Positions 8,845-18,412 of a stretch of 64,000 nucleotides of DNA are shown here, piece by piece. Under the pieces are notes generated by a model. It saw only the letters and a list, made by a program, of their open reading frames with translations. It searched no databases and had not been told where the DNA came from. The stretch is from positions 64,001 through 128,000 of the forward strand of contig JBBQUR010000008.1 in the NCBI GenBank assembly GCA_038212275.1, given 5' to 3'. The translations under genes and the position numbers were made by a program. Positions within the stretch are counted from its first letter, which is position 1, and each line of letters begins with the position of its first letter. The DNA is from Planctomycetota bacterium. Lineage in GTDB: Bacteria; Planctomycetota; B15-G4.

Positions 8845-10695
8845 TCAGATCTCTCCGAGCGTCGCCTTGCGTCCCTTGTTCTGCTCCTTCAGCCAGGCCA
8901 TGAGCGGCTCGAAGTAGCGCAGCATCGGCTTGGCGCTCAGGCCCTCGCCGGTCTTCTCGCGCAGCATCACGTCCCAGTCCACGGTCATGCCCGGCGTGAG
9001 GATCGAGCTCAGGAAGTCGCCCACTTCCTTGCGGCCGTAGTAGTTGGTGTCGCGCGGGTCCTCATGCAGGATCTCGCGCGCGATGTGGTCGTGGAGCTGG
9101 AAGAGCAGCACGTAGGACAGCGCGTAGTCGTAGTATCCCGCCGGATCGTCGTTGATGTGCGTCTTGGTGGCCGCGTCGCAGAACTCCTCGCCGCGGGCGG
9201 TCGGCGGCGCGACGCCCTGGTAGCGGGCCACCAGCTCCCACCAGCGCTGGTTCCACTGCGACGGCGGCAGTTCGTCGGCGTAGAGCTCCTTCTCGAAGCT
9301 GAACATCGTGCCCGCCGACCACGGGATGAAGACGGCGTAGTTCAGCGCCTGCTTGAGCAGCACCTGCATCGGGTCGGGCTTCGTCGCGCCGGGTTGCATC
9401 GTGCCGGTTTGCATCGTGCCGGTGTCGAGGCCCACGCCGGCCACGAAGCGCGGCTGCATCGCCGCGAGCCCCATCATCGAGCCGACCGCCTCGTGGTAGG
9501 CGCGGTTGGCGCCCTCGCGCAGCAGCGGCGGCACGGCCGGGTTCGTGTAACTCATGTAGTAGTAGATGTGGCCCAGCTCGTGGTGCGTGGTCTCGTACCA
9601 CTCGGTATTGGGTTCGACGCTCATCAGGCTGCGCACGTCGCGGTCCAGGTCCATGTGCCAGGCCGACGCGTGCGTGTTCTTCTTGAAGCCCGCGTCCGGC
9701 GGCAGCGGGTAGAGCGAGGACTTGTCCCAGAAGCTCTGCGGCAGATTGGGAAATCCGAGGCTGACGTAGAAGCGCTCCGCCTGATGCACGAGCCACTCCG
9801 GGCCCTTGGTTTTCAGCGCCGGATCGAGGTCGAAGCCCGGCACGTCCACGAGGCCAGACCAGTCCTGGCCCCAGCGATTGGGCAGCCAGTCGGCGGGGAT
9901 GAGGTCCGGCACGGGCTGGCCGTAGCGCCGTGCCAGCTCGTAGCGCGCCCAGGTGTGCAGTTCGCGGAACAGCGGGCGCAGCTCGCGATTGATCTGCTCG
10001 ATCTGAGCCGCGAGTTCCTCGGTGCTCATGCCGTACTCGCTGGCCATGTAGGAGAAGAAGTCCGGGTAGCCCAGCGGGCGCACGGACTCGTTGCGCAGCT
10101 GCTGCAGGTTCACGAGACCGGGCCGCAGCACCTTGCCGACTTCCTTGCTGGCCTCCCAGATCCTGCGACGCTTGCCGAGGTCGGTCTCGGTGCGCAGGCC
10201 TTCGTCGATCTCGTTGGGCGTCAGCTCCTTGCCGTCCAACTTGAACTCGAAGCCGTAGAGCGTTTCGGTCTGCGTGGTCTCGGCCGCGATGCGCGCCTTG
10301 ACCACCTCAGGAATGGTCTGCGGATTCTCCGCGGCCAGGAAAAGCACACGGTCCAGCTCGCGCGCGTGCAGGTCGGACAGCTCCGCCCGATGCTCCAGCA
10401 TGGCGCGCGCCGTCTCGATGTTCTGCACCGAGCCGGTGAAGGCCGCCAGCGCCTCATCGGCCGCCCGCGTCCGCGTGGCGTTGGTCTCGTCGCCCTCGAC
10501 AATGTGCGTGTTGCTGAGCCACTGTGCCTCGGACGAGGCGGTGCTGAGCTTCTGGTAGGTGGCGTTGTAGGCGTCGAGGAATCGCCCGGCCTCCGCATCC
10601 AGCGCTGGGTCGACGCGCGGACCGGCGCACGACAGCATGAGAGCGAACGCGAGGGAGAGGGACGGGGCCAGGGCACGGCGGGCGATGATAGGCAT
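8845..10695 (-). CDS. M2 family metallopeptidase (peptidyl-dipeptidase A, ACE-like), probable lipoprotein
   Basis: HHELGH zinc motif, 'LLREGANRAYHEAVG', 'HASAW', 'NRWGQDW'; lipobox-like MLSC. Confidence 0.92.
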   Translation of the reverse strand: MPIIARRALAPSLSLAFALMLSCAGPRVDPALDAEAGRFLDAYNATYQKLSTASSEAQWLSNTHIVEGDETNATRTRAADEALAAFTGSVQNIETARAMLEHRAELSDLHARELDRVLFLAAENPQTIPEVVKARIAAETTQTETLYGFEFKLDGKELTPNEIDEGLRTETDLGKRRRIWEASKEVGKVLRPGLVNLQQLRNESVRPLGYPDFFSYMASEYGMSTEELAAQIEQINRELRPLFRELHTWARYELARRYGQPVPDLIPADWLPNRWGQDWSGLVDVPGFDLDPALKTKGPEWLVHQAERFYVSLGFPNLPQSFWDKSSLYPLPPDAGFKKNTHASAWHMDLDRDVRSLMSVEPNTEWYETTHHELGHIYYYMSYTNPAVPPLLREGANRAYHEAVGSMMGLAAMQPRFVAGVGLDTGTMQTGTMQPGATKPDPMQVLLKQALNYAVFIPWSAGTMFSFEKELYADELPPSQWNQRWWELVARYQGVAPPTARGEEFCDAATKTHINDDPAGYYDYALSYVLLFQLHDHIAREILHEDPRDTNYYGRKEVGDFLSSILTPGMTVDWDVMLREKTGEGLSAKPMLRYFEPLMAWLKEQNKGRKATLGEI

Positions 10696-10702
10696 GCCGC
10701 GG

Positions 10703-10732
10703 AGTTTCGGCGGCGGACGGAAGGCGTGTCAA
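10703..10732 (-). promoter_or_regulatory. Sigma70-like promoter for the M2 peptidase, probably leaderless
   Basis: Minus strand TTGACA-N18-GAAACT-N7-ATG. Confidence 0.55.
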
Positions 10733-10991
10733 CCGGGGCGAGGCCGTGAGCTGCGGCGCGCTCCGCCCCCGACTTTGTCGAGGCGCCGTCCGTGCTTCTC
10801 GGCGGACGCCGCCGTCGTGAGCGCACTGCGGCCTGAACCTCCGCCAGGATGGCATCCTGCTGCAACATGGCTACAGTGCGGGAGTGCGGGCGCAGGTGTC
10901 GGCGCCAGCGCCGACAGCCCCGAGGCAAGTCATTCCCGACAATCATCGAACGCGGGCCGGCTCGCCGTCCCCGCTCCCCAGCGAGAGACCC

Positions 10992-12713
10992 ATGCGCTCA
11001 CTCAGCATTGTTTCCACTCCTGCCCTGCTGCTCCTTGCGACTGTGCCGCTGCAGGCGCAGGGCGTCGTCACGCCACAAGCCCGCTACGTCACCTTCATTG
11101 CCAGCAAGGATGCGGTGGGCGTGAATGAGCTGTATCGCACGGACCTCAAGACCGGAGAGGTCCTGAAGCTGAGCGGACCGATGACCGCCAACGGAGATGT
11201 CAGCTCGGTGCGCGCCCCGGACCCCAAGGGCCGCTACGCCGTGTATCTCGCGGACCAGGACCTCGATGCCCAGATGGAGCTGTACCGCAGCGACCTCAAG
11301 ACCGGCGCCTTCCTCAAGCTGAACGGGCCGATGGACTCCGGTGCCGACGTGGACAACACCTACGTCGTGGATCCCAAGGGCCGCTACGCCGTCTACACCG
11401 CCGACCAGGACACCAACAGCGACACCGAACTGTATCGCAGCGACCTCAAGACCGGGGAGCAGGTCAAGCTGAACGGCACGCTGACGGGCGGTGGCGACGT
11501 GCTGTCGTTCGCCGTGGATCCCAAGGGCCGCTACGTCGTGTACCTCGCCGACCAGGACGCCGATGGCATGAACGAGCTGTACCGCAGCGACCTGAAGACC
11601 GGCGAGAATCTTCTCCTGAGCCCGCTGATGGTGGCGGGAGGCGATGTGAGTTCCGCCTACGTGGTGGATCCCAAGGGGCGCTACGCCGTGTACACGGCCG
11701 ACCAGGACACGGACGGTGTCGTCGAGCTGTATCGCAGCGAGCTCAAGACCGGAGCCGTGCTGAAGCTCAGCGGCCCCATGGTTGCCGGCGGCAACGCGGA
11801 TTTCCTGGTGGGCGTGGATCCCAAGGGGCGTTACGCGATTTACATCGCCGACCAGGAGACCGACGGCGTCTTCGAGCTGTATCGCAGCGACCTGAAGACG
11901 GGAGTCAACCTGAAGCTGAGCGGCGACATTCCCGCCAGCGCCGATGTCTTCGGCACCGTCGTGCTGGATCCCAGGGGCCGCTATGTCGTGTACTCCGCCG
12001 ACCCGGACACGGACGAACTCTTCGAGCTGTTCCGGAGTGAGCTGAAGACCGGAGCCTCCCTGAAGCTCAGTGGTCCGCTGACCGCCGGGGGCGAGGTGCA
12101 AGGCTTTTATGCCGTGGATCCCAAGGGGCGCTATGCCGTGTACACCGCCGATCAGGACACGGACACCGTCGTGGAGCTGTATCGCAGCGAGCTCAAGACG
12201 GGCACTGTGCTGAAGCTGAGCGGGCCCATGACGCCCGGCGGAGACGCCGCCGCTGCCTTCGAACTGGACCCCAAGGGCATCTACGCGATCTACCTCGCAG
12301 ACCAGGACACGGCAGGCGTCGGGGAGGTCTACCGCAGCACGTTGAAAGCCGGAGCATTTCTCAAACTGAGTGGGCCCATGACCAGCGGTGGCGATGCCCT
12401 CGAGATCAACGACTCAGGCACCAGCGGCCGCCATGTGGTGTACACCGCCGATCAGGACACGAACGGCGTCGTCGAGCTGTATCGCAGCGACCTCAAGACG
12501 GGCATCGCGCTCAAGCTCAACGTGCCGCTCGCGGACTCCGCCAGCAGCGCCTTCCACTTCAGCACCGACCCGAAGAGCCGGTTTGTGACTTACCTGGCCG
12601 ACGCGGAGGAGGTCGGGTTCTTCGAGCTCTACCGGAGCGACCTCAAGTCCGCCGAGTCGCAAAAGCTCAGCGGCGACTTCGTGCCGGGCGGAACCGTCTT
12701 CTTCGACTCCTGA
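10992..12713 (+). CDS. Secreted beta-propeller repeat protein (11 ~50-aa repeats; TolB/ELWxxDGT-like)
   Basis: Signal peptide ending in AQ; 11 copies of 'DPKGRYAVYxADQDTDGVxELYRSDLKTGxxLKLSGPM' at ~150-nt periodicity; in-frame GTG at 10884 is an alternative start. Confidence 0.85.
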   Translation: MRSLSIVSTPALLLLATVPLQAQGVVTPQARYVTFIASKDAVGVNELYRTDLKTGEVLKLSGPMTANGDVSSVRAPDPKGRYAVYLADQDLDAQMELYRSDLKTGAFLKLNGPMDSGADVDNTYVVDPKGRYAVYTADQDTNSDTELYRSDLKTGEQVKLNGTLTGGGDVLSFAVDPKGRYVVYLADQDADGMNELYRSDLKTGENLLLSPLMVAGGDVSSAYVVDPKGRYAVYTADQDTDGVVELYRSELKTGAVLKLSGPMVAGGNADFLVGVDPKGRYAIYIADQETDGVFELYRSDLKTGVNLKLSGDIPASADVFGTVVLDPRGRYVVYSADPDTDELFELFRSELKTGASLKLSGPLTAGGEVQGFYAVDPKGRYAVYTADQDTDTVVELYRSELKTGTVLKLSGPMTPGGDAAAAFELDPKGIYAIYLADQDTAGVGEVYRSTLKAGAFLKLSGPMTSGGDALEINDSGTSGRHVVYTADQDTNGVVELYRSDLKTGIALKLNVPLADSASSAFHFSTDPKSRFVTYLADAEEVGFFELYRSDLKSAESQKLSGDFVPGGTVFFDS

Positions 12714-12977
12714 CGGGCACCTGCGAAGCGCGGGGAGAGCAGCAGCACGCACTCGCCGGGATTCGTGAACATCAGGCCTTCGGCGCCGAACGAGAAGCCC
12801 TGGGGCCATCTTTCCTCGGCCACCGCCGCCGCCACGCCGGCGAAGCGGTGACGCCCGGAACTCATGCCCGGATCTCAATGCTGATCGCGACGCCGCAGCG
12901 GCAAGAATCGGAGCACCCCTCGACCGTCTCCGACGACTTGCTCACGATTCAGGCCGGCACCTCCAAGGGAACACGAC

Positions 12978-14471
12978 ATGCGCACCGGTGTGATCACGGC
13001 TCTTCTTCTCTTGCTCATCACCCCGACCGGCGTCCGCGCGCAGTCCGGTCCGGATCCTTACTCCGACTCGGCGGTGCTTCCGAAGACGCGGGCGTACGAG
13101 CGAGCTCTGGAAGTCGTCGAGCTCTTCAACAAGGGTGAGGCCAGCGCCTACGAGGCGTTCGTGCGCAGCGCCTTCGCCGACGAGTTCCGCGATGCCGTCC
13201 CGATGGCCGAGCACCGGGCCGTGTTCCTGGATCTCGTGCGCGAGAACGGGCCGCTGCAGGTTCACGGCGCGCGCAGCTATGACCCGCCGCACGCGGACAC
13301 GACGGCCACGCTGATCGTCTGGTCCACGTGGCTCGAGGCCTGGCGCGCGATCGTGGTCGAGGTGGACGGCGACGGCAAGCTCACCAACCTGCGCGTCGAT
13401 CGTGCCCGCCCGCCGAGCGATCTTCCGAAGGCGGAGGCGCTGACCGACGCGCAGATCGCCGAAAGCCTCGCCGGGTTCGTCGACCGCCTCGCCGCGCGCG
13501 ACGCCTTCAGCGGCACCGTGCTCCTGGCGAAGGAGGGCAAGGTCCTGCTGACGAAGGCGGTCGGCATCGCGAATCGCGACTTCGACGTGCCCGTCACGCT
13601 CGACACGAAGTTCAACCTCGGCTCCATGAACAAGATGCTGACCGCCGTCGCGTGTATGCAGCTCGTGGAGCAGGGCAAGCTCTCGCTGGACGACCCGGTG
13701 GCCAAGTACCTCGGCGACGACTGGCTCCCCAAGGTGGACAAGAGCAAGGTCAAGCTCCGCCACCTGCTCACGCACACGAGCGGCCTCGGCAGCTACTTCA
13801 CGGAGGAGTTCGACCGCTCGTCGCGCGCTCTCTACCGCAGCGTGGACGACTGGAAGCCCATCGTCCGCGACGACACGCTGGCCTTCGAGCCCGGCACGCA
13901 GTGGGCGTACAGCAACACCGGCATGCTCATCGTCGGAGCGATCATCGAGAAGGCTTCAGGCACCGACTACGACTCCTGCATCCGCGCCCACATCACGGGC
14001 CCCGCCGGCATGACGAACACCGACTGCTACGAGTTGGACAAGGCAAATCACAAACTGGCCGTCGGCTACGACAAGGACATCGGCCCCGACGGCGCCATCA
14101 CCTGGCGCAACAACCTCTACCTGCACGTGATCCGCGGCGGCCCGGCTGGCGGCGGCTTCTCGACCGTCGAAGATCTGTTCCGCTTCGACCAGGCGCTGCG
14201 CGCGGAGAAGCTGGTCTCGCGCGCCTCGCTCGACCAGCTCTGGCGGACGTATCCCGAGCTGGCGGACGAGCGCTACGGCCTGGGCTTCTTCGTGGAGCGG
14301 GGCTCCGTCGGCGCGATCGTCGGGCACTCCGGCGGATTCAACGGAATCAGCGCCGTACTGACGATGTATCTGGATGCGGGGTACACGATCGCGGTGATGT
14401 CGAACCTGGGCGGCGGTGCGGCGACGGTTGTTGAGGGGAAGGCTCGGGAGTTGATCGCGTCGGGGAGGTGA
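12978..14471 (+). CDS. Secreted serine hydrolase, beta-lactamase class C / peptidase S12 family
   Basis: SxxK 'GSMNK', 'LLTHTSG', YxN 'YSN', 'GHSGG'; signal peptide. Confidence 0.9.
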   Translation: MRTGVITALLLLLITPTGVRAQSGPDPYSDSAVLPKTRAYERALEVVELFNKGEASAYEAFVRSAFADEFRDAVPMAEHRAVFLDLVRENGPLQVHGARSYDPPHADTTATLIVWSTWLEAWRAIVVEVDGDGKLTNLRVDRARPPSDLPKAEALTDAQIAESLAGFVDRLAARDAFSGTVLLAKEGKVLLTKAVGIANRDFDVPVTLDTKFNLGSMNKMLTAVACMQLVEQGKLSLDDPVAKYLGDDWLPKVDKSKVKLRHLLTHTSGLGSYFTEEFDRSSRALYRSVDDWKPIVRDDTLAFEPGTQWAYSNTGMLIVGAIIEKASGTDYDSCIRAHITGPAGMTNTDCYELDKANHKLAVGYDKDIGPDGAITWRNNLYLHVIRGGPAGGGFSTVEDLFRFDQALRAEKLVSRASLDQLWRTYPELADERYGLGFFVERGSVGAIVGHSGGFNGISAVLTMYLDAGYTIAVMSNLGGGAATVVEGKARELIASGR

Positions 14472-14515
14472 GACGAGCATCTCGGGCTAAGGCAACTGAG
14501 CTGCCTTCGATTCAG

Positions 14516-17149
14516 TCAGGCGATCCGGACGACCCTCCCGCCCGGTATGTGCCGATGGCGGATCGGATCGCAGGTGAGCAGGATCACTTGGCACGTGCGG
14601 CCGACGACTGCGAGCAGGGCGCCCATCCGCTCGAGGCGGTCCGGGTCTGACCAACCGAACGCATCGTCAAGGATGACGGGCACCCCACCCTCATCGGCGG
14701 CTAGAATCGCGCAGGCAATCCGCGAGATGACGCCGATCTGTTCTTTGGCGCCGCCGGACAGGCTGTCGAACTCCACGGTGCGGCCGGCGAGCGTGCGACT
14801 CGTGATGCGCAGGTCGTCGTCGATATCGACAGCGAAGTCAGCACCGAATACGGTCCGGCCGAGCGCCTCCACTTTTGCGCGAAATGGTGCCACATAGCGT
14901 GCGCGCTCAGCATCGCGTTCGGCGGCCATCGCATCGAACAGTGCCTTCGCCGCATCGGCTTGGGCGTGCTTGCGGGCGGCCTCTCCGTTGGCCACCTCCA
15001 ACGCCGCCTCGGCTGCGCCAAGACGCTCAGACAAGCCGTCTTCACCGCGGAGTTGCAATGTCGCTCGGAGCGCGGCGAGGTTGCTCGTCAGCCCGTGACG
15101 GTCCTCACGGGCCTTGTCGGCAGCGATACGCCCGGAACGTGCGAGGCCATCGACAACATCCGGCTGAGCAGCGTCCAGCGCTTCGCGGGCCACTTGTGAC
15201 TCTCTCGCCACGGCCGCCATCTGCGTCTCGGCGTGCCCAAGTGCGCTATCGAGAGCTTCGTCCGGTGTACCCGCACGCTGAGTGTCGAGCCGGCGGCGAA
15301 TCACGGCAGCCTGCTCACGCAAGAGTCGAAGGCGAGCCTCGCCTTCGTTCGACATGGCAACCGTGGTGTCAGCGCGCAGTTTCACGGCATCGCGGTGCGC
15401 GCGGGCAGCTGTCGATGCAGCATCGGCTGCGGTGGCGTCATCCTTTGCTTTGCGACGGAGATCCTGCGCAGTCTCAAAGTCGGCGGGCAATTCAGGACTG
15501 GCGGGACGCTGCGCGCAGTATCCCGAGACGCGCGGTTGCAAATTGTCGATCTTGCGGGCAAGCCCCTCACGCGTCAGGTCGCGCAGGTCATCTTTCGCAA
15601 CACGGTCTCGGTCAGCGAGCGTGCGACGCGCCTCGCGCAGCCGCACGTTGGCCGATTCAGCCTCGTCGAGCGTCGCCACTCGCGCCGCTGCGAGCGCCGC
15701 GTCAAGCCCCCGGCGGCGGCTCTCGAAGTCCGTGCGTGGTGCGTCGGTTCCAGCGCCTGAGCGCACATCCATGCGCAGGACACCGGGTACCTCGATCCGC
15801 CACGTGCCGAGGACGCGGACGTCTCGCGTCTCGCCCCGAACGAGCGGCGTCAGGGTTCCATCAATCTCGGGCGAACACGACCGGAGCGCTTCAACACTTA
15901 CCGTCGCACTGGCTGCTTCGAGTCGTACCCGTGCCTTGACGACCTCCTCGTTCAGCGCACGCAACTTTGCAAGCGTGGGATCGTCTACGAGGATGAGTGC
16001 GACGGTCTCTTCCGCGGAGGCAGCCTCACGGTCGGCGACAGCGAGGCGCGCACGGCGTTCACTCATCTGCTGGAGCTCCAGCTCGTCGTGGCGATACTCG
16101 AAGTCGCGCTCGCGCAGTTCGACCTCACGGCGCGCGGCTTCGGCACCGGCCTCCGCAAGGGCGAGATCCTTCTCGGCCTCAGCGAGCGCGGCTCGAGCTC
16201 CCTCCATGCCGGGAGATCCGGCGGTGAGAGCGTGGCCTGCTTCCATCGTCGCAGCCTCAGCGGCAGCAAGGTCGCCAGCGAGAGCCACCCGTTCGTCGCG
16301 CGCGGCCTGTGCACGCGCATGCGCCGTCTCCGCCTGGGCGAAACGCCTTTCCGCGTCATCGCGTGCCGCTCGAAGCTTCGTCAACGCGACTGCGGCTGCA
16401 GCATGTTCGGATGCACGCCGTTCAAGTTCGATGCAAGACACTTCGAGTCGCGCGACTTCCTTTGCGAGCGTCGCCGCACGATCCACGTCCTGGTCAAGCA
16501 TGGCCAGTTCGCCCTTGAGCTGCGCCACGACGGCTGCAGCATCAGCGCGCCGTTGATCTGCCTCGCCGATTTCCTTCCTCGGGCCGCGGTCTGACCACCA
16601 CCGGTCGCGTTCACCTCGGACGGCGTCGAAAAGCGCCTCCTCGCGGCCCCCGGTCGGCGCAGCCCCACCTGCAGCGCGGTCGAGCGCTGCGGTGAGCCAC
16701 GGCTTCCCGGAGAGATCGGCCTGTTCGAGCCCCATGCCCTGGGACACGCGGAGAGCCTTCCACAGCGACACATCGAGCGTCTCTCGCAGGATCGCGTCTG
16801 CGCGCTCGTGAGCATCTCGGCCTGTGAGGCTTTCCGCACGCGGCGCTCGCACGGTCAGCGTCGTCTGCGCCTTCTTGTGGAAGCGCTTGGAGTAGGTGAA
16901 TGCGTAGGCGCCGGATTCGATATCGACCTCGACCTCGGCACCCGCGTCGGCGTGGACCGGCTTCGCAGCGCGCACGCGCGACTTTCCGGAGGAATCCAGC
17001 TCATCGAAGAGCAGGTCCAAGGCTTCGACGAGGCTCGACTTGCCGGCCTCGTTCGGCCCCTCGACAACCGTCACGCCGGATGGCGCGAACTCGACCGTGC
17101 ATTCCCCGACGCCGCGCCAGTTGCGCAACTGGATCCTTCGGATTCTCAT
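14516..17149 (-). CDS. SbcC/Rad50-like SMC-type ATPase
   Basis: Walker A GPNEAGKS, long coiled coil, signature LSGG, Walker B VILDD; ATGA overlap with upstream nuclease. Confidence 0.88.
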   Translation of the reverse strand: MRIRRIQLRNWRGVGECTVEFAPSGVTVVEGPNEAGKSSLVEALDLLFDELDSSGKSRVRAAKPVHADAGAEVEVDIESGAYAFTYSKRFHKKAQTTLTVRAPRAESLTGRDAHERADAILRETLDVSLWKALRVSQGMGLEQADLSGKPWLTAALDRAAGGAAPTGGREEALFDAVRGERDRWWSDRGPRKEIGEADQRRADAAAVVAQLKGELAMLDQDVDRAATLAKEVARLEVSCIELERRASEHAAAAVALTKLRAARDDAERRFAQAETAHARAQAARDERVALAGDLAAAEAATMEAGHALTAGSPGMEGARAALAEAEKDLALAEAGAEAARREVELRERDFEYRHDELELQQMSERRARLAVADREAASAEETVALILVDDPTLAKLRALNEEVVKARVRLEAASATVSVEALRSCSPEIDGTLTPLVRGETRDVRVLGTWRIEVPGVLRMDVRSGAGTDAPRTDFESRRRGLDAALAAARVATLDEAESANVRLREARRTLADRDRVAKDDLRDLTREGLARKIDNLQPRVSGYCAQRPASPELPADFETAQDLRRKAKDDATAADAASTAARAHRDAVKLRADTTVAMSNEGEARLRLLREQAAVIRRRLDTQRAGTPDEALDSALGHAETQMAAVARESQVAREALDAAQPDVVDGLARSGRIAADKAREDRHGLTSNLAALRATLQLRGEDGLSERLGAAEAALEVANGEAARKHAQADAAKALFDAMAAERDAERARYVAPFRAKVEALGRTVFGADFAVDIDDDLRITSRTLAGRTVEFDSLSGGAKEQIGVISRIACAILAADEGGVPVILDDAFGWSDPDRLERMGALLAVVGRTCQVILLTCDPIRHRHIPGGRVVRIA

Positions 17150-18279
17150 GGACTTCTCTGCGCAAGACGGAAGAGAAGCGCCAGAGCAGCACGCGCGGCT
17201 TCGCTTCCGTCGCCGCCCGCAGCGGCCGTCTCGCGAAGGCGTTCTGCCGCGCGGCGGGCGAAGCCAGCAACCTCGATCCCTGCGAGGTCATCGGCATCAG
17301 GCCGGACCGCAATCTCGCTCTTGCGCTCCCACTCGATGACGGCTGCCAGCACTTGGCGCGCCTCGTCGAGGATTTCATCGAGCCGAGCGCGCTGCTTGAG
17401 CGTGAGCGTGCCGCGGAAGCCGAGTTTGGCAACCGTGCGTGGCTTGTCGTCCATTGACCGTAGCCGCCGCCGCACGACATCGAGGTCAGCGTCGGACACC
17501 AGCTCGAACTGCTCAAGAACGAACTTCCAGCGGCCAACGCGATGGGGTTCCACGCTGCACGAATCCGGCCCGACTTCGACGACCAGCGCCGAACCGGATT
17601 CGATCTCATCGAAGTCCGTCGTCTCCTGGGATCCGGCGTACCAGATCCGGTCGCCAGTCCCTACCCGCGTCGGCGAGTGCCGGTCGCCCAGCGCAAGGTA
17701 GTGGAACCGCCGCTCGGCAAGCGCCTTCTCTGCCGCTGCCTGCGAGATCAGTGCAGGGTTTTCGCGGTCCACCGCAACGATCGTGTCGACCGCCCCGTGC
17801 CCGACGAGCACGCGCGGAACATCCGTCGGCTCAAGCGTCCGTGCCGCATCTGCGACGAGATCGGAAAGCGGCCGCTTCGACGACCATGGCGCGCCCACGA
17901 TCTCAGCTCCCGACGCCAGCCTCCGCGGTTCCGCCGTATCGAGCACATGGACATGCGCTGGTTTCGCCGCGACGAAAGCTCGAGACCGAAAGACGGAGGC
18001 CGCGTCGAGCGGATCATGATTCCCCGGTAGCAGGTAGACGGGCACCGTCGATCCGCCGAGTGCGTCCATGGCCTGCGCCACGGTCCGCCGGTCCACCTGA
18101 TTCGTCTCGAAGACATCGCCAGAGACGACAACTGCCTCGCACCCCTTGGCCGCCGCGAGCCGGAGGATTGCGCGCACGGCGTCGAGTCGATCTGCCGCAT
18201 ATCGTGCCTGGGCCTCCCCGGCGAGGAAGTGCCGGGTCATCCCGAGCTGCCAGTCGGCGGTGTGGATGAAGCGAAGCAT
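17146..18279 (-). CDS. SbcD/Mre11-like metallophosphoesterase nuclease
   Basis: Motifs 'HTADWQLG', 'GDVFE', 'PGNHD', 'VGHG', 'LALGDRH'; alternative ATG at 18294. Confidence 0.9.
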   Translation of the reverse strand: MLRFIHTADWQLGMTRHFLAGEAQARYAADRLDAVRAILRLAAAKGCEAVVVSGDVFETNQVDRRTVAQAMDALGGSTVPVYLLPGNHDPLDAASVFRSRAFVAAKPAHVHVLDTAEPRRLASGAEIVGAPWSSKRPLSDLVADAARTLEPTDVPRVLVGHGAVDTIVAVDRENPALISQAAAEKALAERRFHYLALGDRHSPTRVGTGDRIWYAGSQETTDFDEIESGSALVVEVGPDSCSVEPHRVGRWKFVLEQFELVSDADLDVVRRRLRSMDDKPRTVAKLGFRGTLTLKQRARLDEILDEARQVLAAVIEWERKSEIAVRPDADDLAGIEVAGFARRAAERLRETAAAGGDGSEAARAALALLFRLAQRSP

Positions 18280-18294
18280 GTGCGATACCTGCAT

Positions 18295-18409
18295 AACTAT
18301 TGCGTGTTTCGACGTCCAGCGTCAAGCAGGTGCAATAGTTGTCTCTGGCGACAACCGAACTCTTGCCGATGTGCGTCGTTTTCTATCGTAACACGCAATA
18401 CATTTGCGT
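18295..18409. promoter_or_regulatory. AT-richer divergent promoter region with several inverted repeats (candidate AbiEi operators)
   Basis: AACTATTGC (18295)/GCAATAGTT (18332); TATTGCGTGTT (18298)/AACACGCAATA (18390); GTTGTC-N6-GACAAC (18338-18355); ACGCAA-N5-TTGCGT (18393-18409). Confidence 0.6.
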
Positions 18410-18412
18410 AGT

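Noticed and set aside
11080..12700. DGR template/variable repeats or a CRISPR-like array
   Set aside because: Periodicity is explained by protein repeats; differences do not look adenine-specific; no reverse transcriptase in the window
12629..12865. Small minus-strand ORF or gene remnant
   Set aside because: Overlaps the propeller gene end and has no recognisable motif or RBS
12978..14471. True AmpC beta-lactamase resistance gene
   Set aside because: Motifs (SMNK/YSN/HSG) and the N-terminal extension fit the broad S12 serine-hydrolase family; activity cannot be inferred
14472..14515. att site duplicating the tRNA-Gln 3' end
   Set aside because: No match to TGGTTCCCGAACTAGG seen here or at other islet edges
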